DNA from: an uncultured Verrucomicrobiae bacterium
Lineage (GTDB): Bacteria; Verrucomicrobiota; Verrucomicrobiia; Chthoniobacterales; UBA10450
Direction of reading: 5' to 3'
NCBI GenBank assembly: GCA_963801815.1
Contig: CAWDGJ010000006.1
Span: forward strand, 32,001 to 96,000
DNA: 64,000 bases
Part shown: positions 20,328-31,133 of the stretch, in pieces
Layout: the number at the start of each line of letters is the position of its first letter
Position numbering within the stretch: the first letter of the stretch is position 1
Made by a program: the position numbers and the translations under genes
Notes under the pieces: model-generated
Seen by the model: the letters and a program-made list of their open reading frames with translations, nothing else
Databases searched by the model: none
What the model was told of the DNA's origin: nothing

Positions 20328-21062
20328 TCAGCGAGTAAAAATTAATTTTATCCCGGCGATCGTGAGCACGGTTGCGAGAAAGATCGCAATGCCTCGCACC
20401 GGAAGCCGCCGGCTTCCCAAGTACGATCCGATCGATCCTCCAAGGATCGCGGGAATCGCTAGATAGATTCCCAATGCTGGAACCGAATGTTTGGCCGAAA
20501 AATATCCGACGAGGCCACCAATTGAATTTACCAAAATAAACAATGCAGAAATCGCCGCGGCCTGTTTGATCTTCGCCCATCGACAGAAGAGCACCAACGG
20601 CGTCAGGAATATTCCGCCGCCCGTTCCAGTGAGACCGGACAGAAATCCAAGACCCGCACCGACGCTAATAGCGAGTGGTTTTCCAGGAGGGTTCGTTTGG
20701 GGCGGATCGCTTCGACGAAAAATCAATCTGGCAGCCGAGAAAAGGAGCACGACGCCAATCAGAATTCTGAGCGCACCGGCAGAAGGTTGAAGATAACCGC
20801 CGGCGTAGGCCGCGGGGACCGACAGGAGCGCGAACGGCCAAAATAATTTCCATGAGAAATATCCTGCTCGCCAAAATTGAAACGAGCCGATAATCGCGAC
20901 CAAAATGTTCAACACCAGCGCAGTCGGGCGAATCACGGTTGGCGCCAGGCCAAATAAGGTCATGGTGGCGATGTAACCTGAGGCTCCGGCATGCCCGACC
21001 GACGAGTACAGGAACGCGATCAACGCGATGGCAAGACAAAGGAGAGCGAGTTCGGTATTCAC
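20328..21062 (-). CDS. TauE/SafE (TSUP) family membrane transporter
   Basis: YSSVGHAGASGY and SGLTGTGGGIFLTP; about 8 TM segments. Confidence 0.9.
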   Translation of the reverse strand: MNTELALLCLAIALIAFLYSSVGHAGASGYIATMTLFGLAPTVIRPTALVLNILVAIIGSFQFWRAGYFSWKLFWPFALLSVPAAYAGGYLQPSAGALRILIGVVLLFSAARLIFRRSDPPQTNPPGKPLAISVGAGLGFLSGLTGTGGGIFLTPLVLFCRWAKIKQAAAISALFILVNSIGGLVGYFSAKHSVPALGIYLAIPAILGGSIGSYLGSRRLPVRGIAIFLATVLTIAGIKLIFTR

Positions 21063-21132
21063 GCTGAATTTGAATTCTGACCCGCGAGTGCGGCGTCAGG
21101 ATCGATTCCTGTTGTAACGGACAGAGCCAGCA

Positions 21133-21459
21133 ATGAGAACCATCATTTTACTTACTATTTCCAACACGTTCATGAATCTGGCCTGGTATGGTCACTTGAA
21201 ATTTAAAGATCAACCGCTTTGGATCGTTATTTTAGCGAGCTGGATAATCGCTTTCTTCGAGTACGCTTTTCAAGTTCCGGCGAACCGCATCGGATCGAAT
21301 GAGTGGACGATCCCGCAATTGAAGATTTTGCAGGAGTGTATCACGCTGATTGTCTTTACCTTGATCGCGTTCGTGCTTTTTCGCTCGCCGGTGAAGTGGA
21401 ATTATCTCGTCTCCTACGGTCTCATCGTCAGCGCGGTCTATTTCGCCTTTAAGTTTTGA
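21133..21459 (+). CDS. Small DMT-superfamily protein (DUF486-like)
   Basis: SNTFM..AWYGHLK, FEY..QVPANRIG, QLKILQE.ITL. Confidence 0.88.
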   Translation: MRTIILLTISNTFMNLAWYGHLKFKDQPLWIVILASWIIAFFEYAFQVPANRIGSNEWTIPQLKILQECITLIVFTLIAFVLFRSPVKWNYLVSYGLIVSAVYFAFKF

Positions 21460-21623
21460 CGGCAGGGCTCATCGCCGGCAAGCGTCTACTTATTAAAGTC
21501 GGTGCTTGGGAACAATCATGCCGCTCCGCGGCAAACTACAAGAGGGTCATATAGATGCACTAGCGGGAGCGTAGATACCGCTACAACTGCTTCCGCTTTT
21601 GCTTTCCCACGCTACCGTGTTCG

Positions 21624-23828
21624 GTGATTCCGATTGTTATGGCGGCGGAAATTCAACCAGCAAATCCAGCGCACACGAACCGGCTCGCGCACGAAAAGTC
21701 GCCTTATCTTCTTCAGCACGCCCATAACCCGGTCGATTGGTATCCGTGGGGCGATGAAGCGTTTGAAAAGGCACGCCGCGAAAACAAACCAATCTTCCTC
21801 TCGATCGGATACTCGACTTGTCATTGGTGTCATGTGATGGCGCACGAGTCCTTCGAGGACGAAGAAATCGCGGCGATCATGAATCGCGAATTTGTGAACA
21901 TTAAAGTGGATCGCGAAGAACGGCCGGATGTTGATCGCGTTTATATGACGTTCCTACAGGCGACCACCGGAGGCGGGGGTTGGCCGATGAGCGTTTGGCT
22001 CACACCTGATCTAAAACCGTTCGTGGGCGGAACATATTTTCCGTCGGAAGACCGTTACGGTCAGCCCGCTTTTCGGAAAGTTTTGGAACGAATCGCAACC
22101 GCGTGGAAACAAGACCACGAGAAAATCATCGAGAACGGGACGAAGATTGTTGATGCGCTGCGCGAGTCGCAGTCGTCCGCGGCAGATACGTCTGTCAAGC
22201 TCGACAGCAGCATACTCGAAAAAGCGTACCAGCAACTCGATCGGAGTTACGATCCGCGCGAAGGCGGATTCAGTCCGGCGCCAAAATTTCCACGACCCGT
22301 GGCGCTGAATTTTTTGACTCATTTCTACGCGCGCGATCCAAACAGTGAATCGGGCAAGCACGCGTTGGAGATGGATTTGTTTACTTTGCGCAAAATGGCG
22401 GCCGGCGGAATTCACGATCATGTCGGTGGCGGATTTCATCGTTACTCGGTTGATCGTTACTGGCACGTGCCGCATTTCGAGAAAATGCTTTACGATCAGG
22501 CGCAGCTTGCAATTGCCTACGTCGACGCGTTTCAAATCACCCAAGATCGACAATACGCAGACGTGGCGCGCGACATTTTGGATTACGTCGCGCGGGACAT
22601 GACTTCAAAAGACGGCGGGTTCTTTTCCGCAGAGGATGCCGATAGTGCAGAGGTAGGGTCATCGCGCGGCGATGACCACGGTCGGCGCAGTGCGGCGACG
22701 CTACCAAAGAAAGAAGGCGCGTTCTATGTTTGGACGGAGAAGGAGATCGACGACGCGCTTGGCGCCGATTCGGCAGTTTTCAAATATCGTTACGGCGTCC
22801 AGCCGCACGGCAACGCGCCAGAAGGCAGTGATCCGCAGGATGAATTTCGGGGCAAAAATATTTTGATTCAGCGGCACACAATCGCTGAAACGGCCAACCA
22901 TTCCAAAAAGAGTGAGGACGACGTTCGACAATTGCTTGCCCGAAGCTGCGCGAAATTATTCGCAATCCGCAACCAGCGGCCACGTCCGCATTTGGATGAC
23001 AAAATCATTTCGGCGTGGAACGGCTTGATGATTTCCGCCTACTCACGTGCCGCACAGGTTTTGGATGAGCCGCGTTATCTCGAGGCTGCGAACCGCTCGG
23101 CAGAATTTCTGCGCGCGAACCTTTACGGTGACAAACTTCTTTTCCGTAATTTTCGCGAAGGCCGCGGAACGGTTGAAGGTTTCGCCGATGATTACGCGTT
23201 CGTCATTCAAGGACTGCTGGATCTCTACGAAGCGTCATTCGATGTCGAATGGTTGAAGTTCGCTATCGCGTTGCAAGCAACTCAGGACCGTCTGTTCTTC
23301 GACGAAAATCGCGGCGGCTATTTCAGCACCAGTGGCAAAGACAAGAGCGTTGTATTGCGAATGAAAGACGACAATGACAGCGCTGAGCCGGCCGCGAGTT
23401 CGGTCGCGGCGTTGAACTTGCTGCGATTGGCGCAATTTCGCGGCGACAAGAATTTCCAAGACCGTGCGCGGAAGACGCTCGAAGCCTTTACGCCGGCGGT
23501 GAATCATTTTGCCAGCGCCATGCCGCAATTGTTGGTGGCATTTGAGTTTAGTTCGAGCAAACCGCTCCAGATCGTGATCGCCGGCAAGATTAACGACGAA
23601 CAAACAAGAGCGCTCCTCAACGAAGTGCATCGCCATTTCTCGCCAAACCAAGCCCTAATTCTCGCCGATGGCGGCGAAGGTCAGAAGTTCCTCGGCGAAA
23701 AGAACGAAGCGATCCGCGCCATGTCACCGGTTGATGGCAAACCCGCCGCTTATGTCTGTGAGAATTTCACCTGCAAAACGCCAGTGACTGATATCAAGGC
23801 TTTGAACGCGCTGCTATCGCGTGAATAA
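21624..23828 (+). CDS. YyaL/DUF255 thioredoxin-domain protein with six-hairpin glycosidase-like domain
   Basis: [58 protein letters not shown]. Confidence 0.93.
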   Translation: MIPIVMAAEIQPANPAHTNRLAHEKSPYLLQHAHNPVDWYPWGDEAFEKARRENKPIFLSIGYSTCHWCHVMAHESFEDEEIAAIMNREFVNIKVDREERPDVDRVYMTFLQATTGGGGWPMSVWLTPDLKPFVGGTYFPSEDRYGQPAFRKVLERIATAWKQDHEKIIENGTKIVDALRESQSSAADTSVKLDSSILEKAYQQLDRSYDPREGGFSPAPKFPRPVALNFLTHFYARDPNSESGKHALEMDLFTLRKMAAGGIHDHVGGGFHRYSVDRYWHVPHFEKMLYDQAQLAIAYVDAFQITQDRQYADVARDILDYVARDMTSKDGGFFSAEDADSAEVGSSRGDDHGRRSAATLPKKEGAFYVWTEKEIDDALGADSAVFKYRYGVQPHGNAPEGSDPQDEFRGKNILIQRHTIAETANHSKKSEDDVRQLLARSCAKLFAIRNQRPRPHLDDKIISAWNGLMISAYSRAAQVLDEPRYLEAANRSAEFLRANLYGDKLLFRNFREGRGTVEGFADDYAFVIQGLLDLYEASFDVEWLKFAIALQATQDRLFFDENRGGYFSTSGKDKSVVLRMKDDNDSAEPAASSVAALNLLRLAQFRGDKNFQDRARKTLEAFTPAVNHFASAMPQLLVAFEFSSSKPLQIVIAGKINDEQTRALLNEVHRHFSPNQALILADGGEGQKFLGEKNEAIRAMSPVDGKPAAYVCENFTCKTPVTDIKALNALLSRE
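22653..22704. repeat. GTAG...CTAC REP-like doublet inside the YyaL-like CDS
   Basis: GTAG-GGTCATCGC-GCG-GCGATGACC ... GTCGGCGCAGTGCGGCGAC-GCTAC. Confidence 0.8.
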
Positions 23829-23837
23829 TAGCGCGCT

Positions 23838-24575
23838 GTGAGTAGCAACCGCGCTATCGTTTTTTTCGCATGGGGCTCAGACTGGATGAAGCGCGCGGCG
23901 GCGTGCATTCGCGAAAGCCAGCTTCCGGGCTATCCAATTTTCGTAGTAACCGATTCGGAAACCAACATCAACGAGCTGCCGAAAAACGTAGAAGTTATTC
24001 GACTGGTTTTTCAGTTGTCAGGCAAAGCAAGAAAGGCCGAATTTTTCGTGCGGACGCCGGAGAAGATTGGTACCGCGTTGTTTCTCGACGCCGACACACG
24101 CGTGATCGACGACGTGTCGCTCGGCTTTGAGAAAGCAGAAGAGCACGGGATGGCGATCGCGCCCGCGCCGCACTATTCGCTCGCGGACTTCCGCGATTTT
24201 GGTCAGGTCATGACGAAGGAGGGCATCAATCCGCTCGGACAGATGATTTACAATACGGGCGTGATCTTCGCCACGCCGCATCGGCCGGATGTTCACGCTG
24301 TGTTCCAGCGAACGTTGGAACTCGCGCAAAAATATCGGGACAAACCGTGGAACGAGCAGCCGTATTTCACGCTGGCGATGGAGCTCTTGCACTTCAATCC
24401 GTACACCTTGTCGCCCAGCTTCAATCATCGGGGGTTCGGCGAGTTGATCAGCGGCTCGATCCGCATCTGGCATTCGTATGACCCGTTGCCGCGCAATGCT
24501 GCGTCCCTGGAGAAAGGCTATCTTCATCGCCACGAGAAGGGGAAACTGGTCAAGGCGGTGAAAGTTCCTTTGTGA
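23838..24575 (+). CDS. GT-A fold glycosyltransferase-like protein
   Basis: ALFLDADT (DxD), YNTGVIF, NEQPYF motifs resemble GT8-like enzymes. Confidence 0.7.
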   Translation: MSSNRAIVFFAWGSDWMKRAAACIRESQLPGYPIFVVTDSETNINELPKNVEVIRLVFQLSGKARKAEFFVRTPEKIGTALFLDADTRVIDDVSLGFEKAEEHGMAIAPAPHYSLADFRDFGQVMTKEGINPLGQMIYNTGVIFATPHRPDVHAVFQRTLELAQKYRDKPWNEQPYFTLAMELLHFNPYTLSPSFNHRGFGELISGSIRIWHSYDPLPRNAASLEKGYLHRHEKGKLVKAVKVPL

Positions 24576-25642
24576 TGGCGAACAATTCGTCGCGGATTGT
24601 TCTTCACATCGGCGCTCCCAAGACGGCGTCGACTTATTTGCAGCGCCGGCTGCGCGCGAACGCGGCGACATTGCGCAAGCACAGCATTTACATTCCGGTT
24701 CTTCCTGCCGTTGCGGCAATGGCAGGCAACGCAAAACTCTTGGCGACAACGCTGAGCCGGCGCCCGTCGTTGACCTTTCAACGCGGGTTCCCGGAAATCG
24801 ACGTTGCGAAACTCGATCCGGGGCAAATTGTCGCCGAACTGCTGTCAGATTGGAAAACAGGGTCGGAATCGATTGTTCTTTCCGCCGAGAATTTTCGGCC
24901 GAATCACGCCCAGCGACTGCGGGAACTGGTTCCAAGCTCAACGCCATGCGTGATTGTCCTGCTCGTGCGGCGGCAGGATCGCTGGATTGATTCCTATTAC
25001 AATCAGATGGTGAAGACGAACGAAACCGCCGAAGAGATTGGCGCATTTGTCGCCCGACTATGTGATACCGATGGCGAAAGATTGTGCCGGCCGGATTGGT
25101 TTGCTCATTATGAAACCTGGCGGAGCGCCTTTGGAAATTGTCGCGTCTTGTTCTATGACGAAGTTGCCAGTGACGTGTTTGGCGCGTTCATGAATGCGGC
25201 TGGTTTTCTGTCGGTGCCAGATTTGATCGATGTCGATCGCGCACAAGTCTCTTTAAACACGTATGAAGTCGCTTACCTCCTCGAGCAAACGCAGCCATTG
25301 GAATTCTCTGACTTTCTTCGGCGCAAGGGCGCCAGCGAAAAAGCATCTCGTCGGCTCGGCCTGGAAAAAACACAAAGCTTTCTTTCCGATGTCGATCTCA
25401 AGCGATTGCACGAGCGATTTGATGAGTCTAACCGGCGATTGATCGCTACTTTAGATCGAGAAAAAAATCCGCCGCCGCTGGAAATCGATGCCGCTGCCAA
25501 TTCAGATTATTACTGCGACCTCCGGCAGCTCGTCATCTCCGAATCGTATGCAAAATATCGCAAGCTCGCTGACGCGATTTATTCACGGCGAAAGCGTGAG
25601 AGTTGGTTTTCATTTGGCCGGTCCGTTAATCGATGCGTGTGA
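24572..25642 (+). CDS. Sulfotransferase-like P-loop protein
   Basis: LHIGAPKTASTYLQ (5'-PSB), VLSAENF, VRRQD.WI.S.YNQ (3'-PB-like). Confidence 0.75.
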   Translation: MMANNSSRIVLHIGAPKTASTYLQRRLRANAATLRKHSIYIPVLPAVAAMAGNAKLLATTLSRRPSLTFQRGFPEIDVAKLDPGQIVAELLSDWKTGSESIVLSAENFRPNHAQRLRELVPSSTPCVIVLLVRRQDRWIDSYYNQMVKTNETAEEIGAFVARLCDTDGERLCRPDWFAHYETWRSAFGNCRVLFYDEVASDVFGAFMNAAGFLSVPDLIDVDRAQVSLNTYEVAYLLEQTQPLEFSDFLRRKGASEKASRRLGLEKTQSFLSDVDLKRLHERFDESNRRLIATLDREKNPPPLEIDAAANSDYYCDLRQLVISESYAKYRKLADAIYSRRKRESWFSFGRSVNRCV

Positions 25643-27015
25643 TGAAGTCCAATATTCTTCTGATCATGTGCGACCAACTTCGAGCCGACGCACTCGGTTG
25701 CACCGGCGGTTGGGTGAAAACTCCAAACATCGATCGAATCGCGCGCGAAGGGATGCGGTTCACAAATTGCGTGACGAATGCGCCGGTTTGTTTGCCAGCG
25801 CGTATCTCGATGGCCACCGGACGTTATCCGCACAACACCGGGGTCTGGGATAATTGCCCGTACGAGTTGCCCGAGGGCACGCCAACCTGGATGTCGGCGA
25901 TCCGCAACGCCGGTTATCGAACGAGCGTGTTTGGAAAAACCGCGCTTCACCGCGGCGGCCCCGATCTGCGCAAATTTGAATACAAACTACATTCCTACGG
26001 TTTGGACGATGTCGATGAAATCCGCGGGCCGCACGCGACGGTCGATATCGTCTGTAATATGACCGAACGCTGGAGAAGTCTCGGTTTGCTCGAAGCGTTT
26101 CAGAAAGACATGAAGGAGCGGGGCGGAAAAAATCGGACACTGGCAAGACCATCGACGCTTCCGTTGTCCGAGTACTACGATGTGTATGTCGGTCAGCGAG
26201 CTAAAGATTATCTCCGCAGCTACAAACGATCGCTGCCATGGTTTTGCTGGGTCAGTTTTGCCGGACCGCACGAGCCGTGGGACACACCCGAGCCGTTCGC
26301 CAGCCTGTATCGGGCGGAAGATATGCCAGAACCGTTCAAGCGCCCGCCAGACAGAAAGCGCGGGCCGACCGGTGAATTGGATCGCCGATTTGCCGAAGCG
26401 TCACGGGATGGAATTCCGAACGCGAAAGAATTGCGGGCGAGTTATGCGGGAAAGGTTTCACTGATCGACGATCAGGTTGGTCAGATTCTCAGCGAAATCG
26501 AAAGCCGTGAAGAATTGGATCGCACTGTCATACTTTTTACTTCCGACCACGGTGAAATGAATGGCGACTACGATTTGATTCATAAATCGAACTTCCTCAA
26601 CCCCGCGGTGCGTGTTCCGTTCATTATCAGCACGCCGGAGATCAAAAAGTCCTCTCACGCAGGAACGCCCAACGATGCACTGATTGAATGGTTCGATGCG
26701 GGTCCGACGTTGGCGGACGTTGCCGGCGCGACGCTCAACTATACGCAATTCGCGCGCTCTCTGACTCCAACTCTTGAAAATCCGAACACTGAGCATCGCA
26801 GTTTCGCGATTTCAGAATTACTGAATGAGATCATGTATCTCGATCGGGATTGGAAGCTGATGCTGAATCGGAGACGCGAACCATATCGATTGTTCGATGT
26901 CAAAAACGATCCACAGGAGATGGAAGATCTGGTTGGCCGGCGCGAGCACGAGTCCCTCGTAAATGAATTGAAGCGCCGAATTGCCGATCGCTTGAAGGAA
27001 ACTGGAGGCGCGTGA
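25633..27015 (+). CDS. Sulfatase (formylglycine-dependent, choline-sulfatase-like), no signal peptide
   Basis: NILLIMCDQ, CLPARISMATGRY (CxPxR), PHEP, FTSDHGEM..D...HK. Confidence 0.92.
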   Translation: MRVMKSNILLIMCDQLRADALGCTGGWVKTPNIDRIAREGMRFTNCVTNAPVCLPARISMATGRYPHNTGVWDNCPYELPEGTPTWMSAIRNAGYRTSVFGKTALHRGGPDLRKFEYKLHSYGLDDVDEIRGPHATVDIVCNMTERWRSLGLLEAFQKDMKERGGKNRTLARPSTLPLSEYYDVYVGQRAKDYLRSYKRSLPWFCWVSFAGPHEPWDTPEPFASLYRAEDMPEPFKRPPDRKRGPTGELDRRFAEASRDGIPNAKELRASYAGKVSLIDDQVGQILSEIESREELDRTVILFTSDHGEMNGDYDLIHKSNFLNPAVRVPFIISTPEIKKSSHAGTPNDALIEWFDAGPTLADVAGATLNYTQFARSLTPTLENPNTEHRSFAISELLNEIMYLDRDWKLMLNRRREPYRLFDVKNDPQEMEDLVGRREHESLVNELKRRIADRLKETGGA

Positions 27016-27019
27016 TTTC

Positions 27020-27880
27020 ATGGACATGGGCGAGAAGCGCAATGTTCTCATCACCGGGATCCCACGCTCGGGAACAACGCTGGTTTGTTCGCTGCTTAAC
27101 AAGTTGCCCGACATCGTGGCGTTACACGAGCCAATGGACGTTTGGGATTTTGTGAACTGTCGAGATGGCAATGAAATCGCAGACTTAATCGGAAAATTTT
27201 GCGCGGAGTCGAGGGAATCGTTGCAACAACAAGGTTTCGCGATTTCCAAACACGTTGGCGGCGAAATTCGCGACAACGCCGCCGGCAATCAGGTTGATAG
27301 CGCGGGGAAGCGAGTGCGTCGCACTGAGCACGGTAAAATCCTAATTGATAAGCCACTGTCGCAGAATTTTACGCTCGTGATCAAACATCCGCTGGCGTTT
27401 ACGGCGCTACTCGACCCTTTGTCGCAGAAGTTCGAGTGTTACGCGATGGTCCGAAATCCCCTGGCCACGCTCGCGTCCTGGAACAGTCTTGATTGGCTCA
27501 AAGTCAAACAGGGGCATGCGCCAATCGCGGAAAAATTGGATGCCGATCTTGGGCGAAAGCTCGGCAATGCATCCGACGCGATCGAACGCCAGATTCAGAT
27601 TTTGGAATGGTCGCACGATCGGTTTCACCGTTTTCTGCCGGAGCAGGCCGTCATCAGGTACGAAGATTTGATCGCCAGTCGCGCTCGTGAGTTGGCGAAA
27701 ATTTTTCCGGCGGCAGCGGGGTTTGACGAAAACCTGGTTTCGAGAAACCTGAACAAATTTTACGATCGCGACCTGATGGTGGAGCTGGGACAGCGGCTAA
27801 TGCGCCGCGATGGGCCGCTCTGGAATTTTTACTGCAGGCGCGACGTCGAGAATTTGATCAGCGACGCGGCGCCGCATTGA
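27020..27880 (+). CDS. Sulfotransferase family protein
   Basis: [32 protein letters not shown]. Confidence 0.85.
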   Translation: MDMGEKRNVLITGIPRSGTTLVCSLLNKLPDIVALHEPMDVWDFVNCRDGNEIADLIGKFCAESRESLQQQGFAISKHVGGEIRDNAAGNQVDSAGKRVRRTEHGKILIDKPLSQNFTLVIKHPLAFTALLDPLSQKFECYAMVRNPLATLASWNSLDWLKVKQGHAPIAEKLDADLGRKLGNASDAIERQIQILEWSHDRFHRFLPEQAVIRYEDLIASRARELAKIFPAAAGFDENLVSRNLNKFYDRDLMVELGQRLMRRDGPLWNFYCRRDVENLISDAAPH

Positions 27881-27890
27881 GAGCGCCGCT

Positions 27891-28178
27891 CTAAATTCCT
27901 TCGATAACGAGCATGTTCGTTTTCGCGGTGCGATGGCGCATTTTGCGCGGCTCGCGGTATTCCTCGCAATTGAGCCACTCTTTGGCGCGGGCCACGGTCG
28001 GGAATTCAAGAATCACGATCCGTTTCGGTTTCCAATTGCCTTCGAGGATTTCGGCCTTTCCGCCGCGAACGATGTATTTGCCGCCGTACTGGTGAACGGT
28101 CGCCGCCGCTTGCTTTTTGTATTCCTCGTAGCCGACCGGATCGGTGATTTCGATTTCGACAATGACGTAAGCAGCCAT
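27891..28178 (-). CDS. DUF1330 family protein
   Basis: AYVIV....D...[30 protein letters not shown]....EY. Confidence 0.9.
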   Translation of the reverse strand: MAAYVIVEIEITDPVGYEEYKKQAAATVHQYGGKYIVRGGKAEILEGNWKPKRIVILEFPTVARAKEWLNCEEYREPRKMRHRTAKTNMLVIEGI

Positions 28179-28180
28179 AG

Positions 28181-28468
28181 CTAGACTCCTTGGACTAAGA
28201 TCATCTTTGTGTTTGCCGTTTGCTTCCGGATCAGGCATGGCTGGCGATATTCTTCGCAATCGTGCCATTCTGTTGCGCGATCCATAGAGGGAAACTCAAT
28301 CACCACGATGCGTTTGGGGCGCCAATCGCCTTCCAGCGTTTCTACGCGGTCACTGACAGCAATGTATTTGCCGTCATATTTTTCAACGAGCGGGACGACG
28401 GCCTTGCGGTATTCTGCAAATCCGGCCGGATCGAATACGTCGATATCAATAATCATATAGGCGGGCAT
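28181..28468 (-). CDS. DUF1330 family protein (tandem paralog)
   Basis: Same motifs: [25 protein letters not shown]. Confidence 0.9.
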   Translation of the reverse strand: MPAYMIIDIDVFDPAGFAEYRKAVVPLVEKYDGKYIAVSDRVETLEGDWRPKRIVVIEFPSMDRATEWHDCEEYRQPCLIRKQTANTKMILVQGV

Positions 28469-28488
28469 AAAAAAAGCTGGTCACCTTG

Positions 28489-29232
28489 TCACTTGGATGA
28501 GACGGAACCGTTGCCTTTGCCGCGATCTTTAGCGGCCAGCTCAGGGATTCTTTTGCGCCGCCGCAAGCGCATCCAGTTATTCCACGTTTTTCGAAGACTG
28601 TCTCGAGGCGTGAGATACTGCTGATTGAGCTCGTTGCTCTTGAGAATCTGGGCAAGGACGCCTTTCACTGAGAAATCGTCAGTGTTCAAAATCGTGTAGG
28701 CGGTGCCGACTGCCGCCGCGTGATGCGCGTCGCTGGCAGCAACCATGGGCAAGCCACGAACCTGCGCGTACTTGAACGCATACCGATTGTAACGGCGCAG
28801 CGTCGTGGCGGCGTTGAAAACTTCGATCGCATCGACCGGCAGGGTTTCCAGCACCGAAAAACGAATCCCGGCGCGGAACAAATCGTAAGGGTGTGGCGGA
28901 ATGGCCAGGCCGCCGCGCCTATGGATGATCTCACAAACTTCACGAGCTGGCTTTCCCTTCAAGTATGGCAGCTCGGCGCCGATGCACAGCAGATGACCAT
29001 CAGCGGTCGTGACTTCGACGCCCGGCAAAACGAGAAAACCATCGACCGGCTGACCGTCGAGCCGCATCAAACCTTTCTCGAGCATATAGGTGACCGCATC
29101 GCACGTGTTGTGATCGGTCATTGCAATGCCGTGCAAACCTTTGGCCTTGGCGGCGGCGATCAAATCTTCCGGACTCGAAACGCCGTCTCCGGAAAAAAAA
29201 GAATGAGTATGAAGGTCGAAATTAAGCGGCAT
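28489..29232 (-). CDS. PHP-domain metal-dependent phosphoesterase
   Basis: DLHTHS..S.DG, TDHN, G.EVTT..GH, PHP, SDAH. Confidence 0.9.
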   Translation of the reverse strand: MPLNFDLHTHSFFSGDGVSSPEDLIAAAKAKGLHGIAMTDHNTCDAVTYMLEKGLMRLDGQPVDGFLVLPGVEVTTADGHLLCIGAELPYLKGKPAREVCEIIHRRGGLAIPPHPYDLFRAGIRFSVLETLPVDAIEVFNAATTLRRYNRYAFKYAQVRGLPMVAASDAHHAAAVGTAYTILNTDDFSVKGVLAQILKSNELNQQYLTPRDSLRKTWNNWMRLRRRKRIPELAAKDRGKGNGSVSSK

Positions 29233-29249
29233 GTCAGCTCGACGTTCTA

Positions 29250-31133
29250 CTACACTAATTCTTCGGCCAGCACGTCCGGCTCGGATGCCGTTTCCGACTC
29301 TGGCGTCGTTTGGTGGAACTGCAAATCGTAGAGGCGACGATAATACCCGGACTTCTCGATCAACTCGGAGTGCGAGCCTATTTCCTTTATTTGGCCCTGA
29401 TCCAGCACCACGATTTGATCGGCCGACAAAATTGTCGACAGACGGTGAGCAATGGCGATGACAGTTCGACCGGCTGCGAGTTTTTCGAGCGCCTTTTGAA
29501 TTTGCTTCTCGGACTCGGTGTCGAGAGATGACGTCGCTTCGTCGAGCAACAGGATCGGTGCATTCTTCAAAAGCGCCCGGGCAATGGCCAATCGTTGCTG
29601 CTGGCCACCGGACAACAGGCAGCCCTTATCTCCAATAACCGTGTCGTACCCATCCGGCTGCGCGATGATGAAATCGTGGGCGTAGGCAGTTCGGGCAGCG
29701 GCATAAACTTCTTCCGGTGTTGCGCCCATCCGGCCGAATTGGATATTTTTGAAAATCGTGTCGTGAAACAGAAACGTCTCCTGGGTGACAAGGCCCATTT
29801 GCGCGCGCAGCGATTTTTGGGTCAACGATCGCAGATCGTAACCGTCGATCTTGATCTTGCCGGAAGTTGGATCGTAGAGGCGCAGGATGAGCGATAGAAT
29901 TGTCGACTTGCCGGCGCCGCTGGCGCCGACCAGCGCGTAAGTTTTTCCTGGCTCAATTCGCAAATCGATGTCACGAACCGCATCACTGACTCCCGTTGAG
30001 TATCGAAACGTGACGTTTTCGAAATCGATCTGGCCGCGCGCCGCCGGAAGCTGGACCGCATTCGGGGTATCTTCGACGGTTGGTCTGGAATCGAGGATTG
30101 CGAAAATGGCTGTGGTAGCACCCAGCGATCGCTGCATGACGATGTGAAGTTTGCTTAACGTCTTGATCGGGTCGTAGATGATGAAGATTCCTGCGATCAA
30201 TCCGAAGAATCTGCCCGCGCTGAGATTGGTCGCGTAGACATACCAAAGGGCCAGACCGACGCCGATCGAAGCAATGATTTCGACCAGCGGTCCGACGGCT
30301 TCGGTTGCTTTCACCGTGCGCATGGTATGAGAGAACGATTGTTGCGAGCCGCGCCGAAACGCCTTTTCCTGCTGGTCTTCTCGCGCGAACGATTTGATCA
30401 CGCGAATACCGGCGAAACTCTCCTGCATCGTGATTGACATCAGGACGCCGCCTTTCTGTTCACGCTGGGTGGCCTGGCGCGCGCGTTTTCCGAAAATGCG
30501 AATCGGAATGATGCAGGTCGGAAATAGAACCAGACTAACGATGGTGAATTTCCAATCCATCCAAAGCAACACCCCCACCGCGCCAATGATTGTGATCGGT
30601 TGCTTGAAAACGTCGCTGCTAACGCTGGTCAGGGCCTGCTGCAAACTGCGGGTGTCGCTGGTGATTCGCGACATTAAGTAGCCGGCCTGCATCCGATTGA
30701 AAAAATCCATCGAATGATGCATGACTTTAGTAAACAGCTGATTGCGGACGTCGTTCACCACTCTATTGCTCACCCAATTCATGTAGTAAGCGTTGCCGTA
30801 GGCACACAGGCTGCGCACCGTCATCACGAACGGAATTGCCAGACAAACCCAAACCACTGAGCCCAATTTCGGGCCCGTATTTAGCATTTCGGGATGGCTA
30901 TAGAACGACTTCGGATTAGGTGCGGCGCCATGAAACACAAAATTCGCAACCCAATAAACCGTGGCTGGCAGAGCTGATGTCAGCAAGCCGGCGGCAGTTC
31001 CTAAAGCGAGGCCAAGGAGGAATCGAAATTTGTATGGACCGGCGTAACTGTACAGCCGCTTGTACGGCTTCCATGCGGTTCGCATGGTTTCCCAGAACGA
31101 GAGCTTTACTTTGGCGCCTTCTGCCTTGCTCAT
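29250..31133 (-). CDS. msbA: MsbA-like ABC transporter (permease + ATPase)
   Basis: 6-TM domain, GASGAGKS, LSGGQQQR, LLLDEATSSLD, IAHRLS; coupled to a GT9 gene. Confidence 0.8.
   Translation of the reverse strand: MSKAEGAKVKLSFWETMRTAWKPYKRLYSYAGPYKFRFLLGLALGTAAGLLTSALPATVYWVANFVFHGAAPNPKSFYSHPEMLNTGPKLGSVVWVCLAIPFVMTVRSLCAYGNAYYMNWVSNRVVNDVRNQLFTKVMHHSMDFFNRMQAGYLMSRITSDTRSLQQALTSVSSDVFKQPITIIGAVGVLLWMDWKFTIVSLVLFPTCIIPIRIFGKRARQATQREQKGGVLMSITMQESFAGIRVIKSFAREDQQEKAFRRGSQQSFSHTMRTVKATEAVGPLVEIIASIGVGLALWYVYATNLSAGRFFGLIAGIFIIYDPIKTLSKLHIVMQRSLGATTAIFAILDSRPTVEDTPNAVQLPAARGQIDFENVTFRYSTGVSDAVRDIDLRIEPGKTYALVGASGAGKSTILSLILRLYDPTSGKIKIDGYDLRSLTQKSLRAQMGLVTQETFLFHDTIFKNIQFGRMGATPEEVYAAARTAYAHDFIIAQPDGYDTVIGDKGCLLSGGQQQRLAIARALLKNAPILLLDEATSSLDTESEKQIQKALEKLAAGRTVIAIAHRLSTILSADQIVVLDQGQIKEIGSHSELIEKSGYYRRLYDLQFHQTTPESETASEPDVLAEELV

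Noticed and set aside
24018..25046. 342-aa minus-strand ORF
   Set aside because: Antisense shadow of the GT-like and sulfotransferase-like genes.
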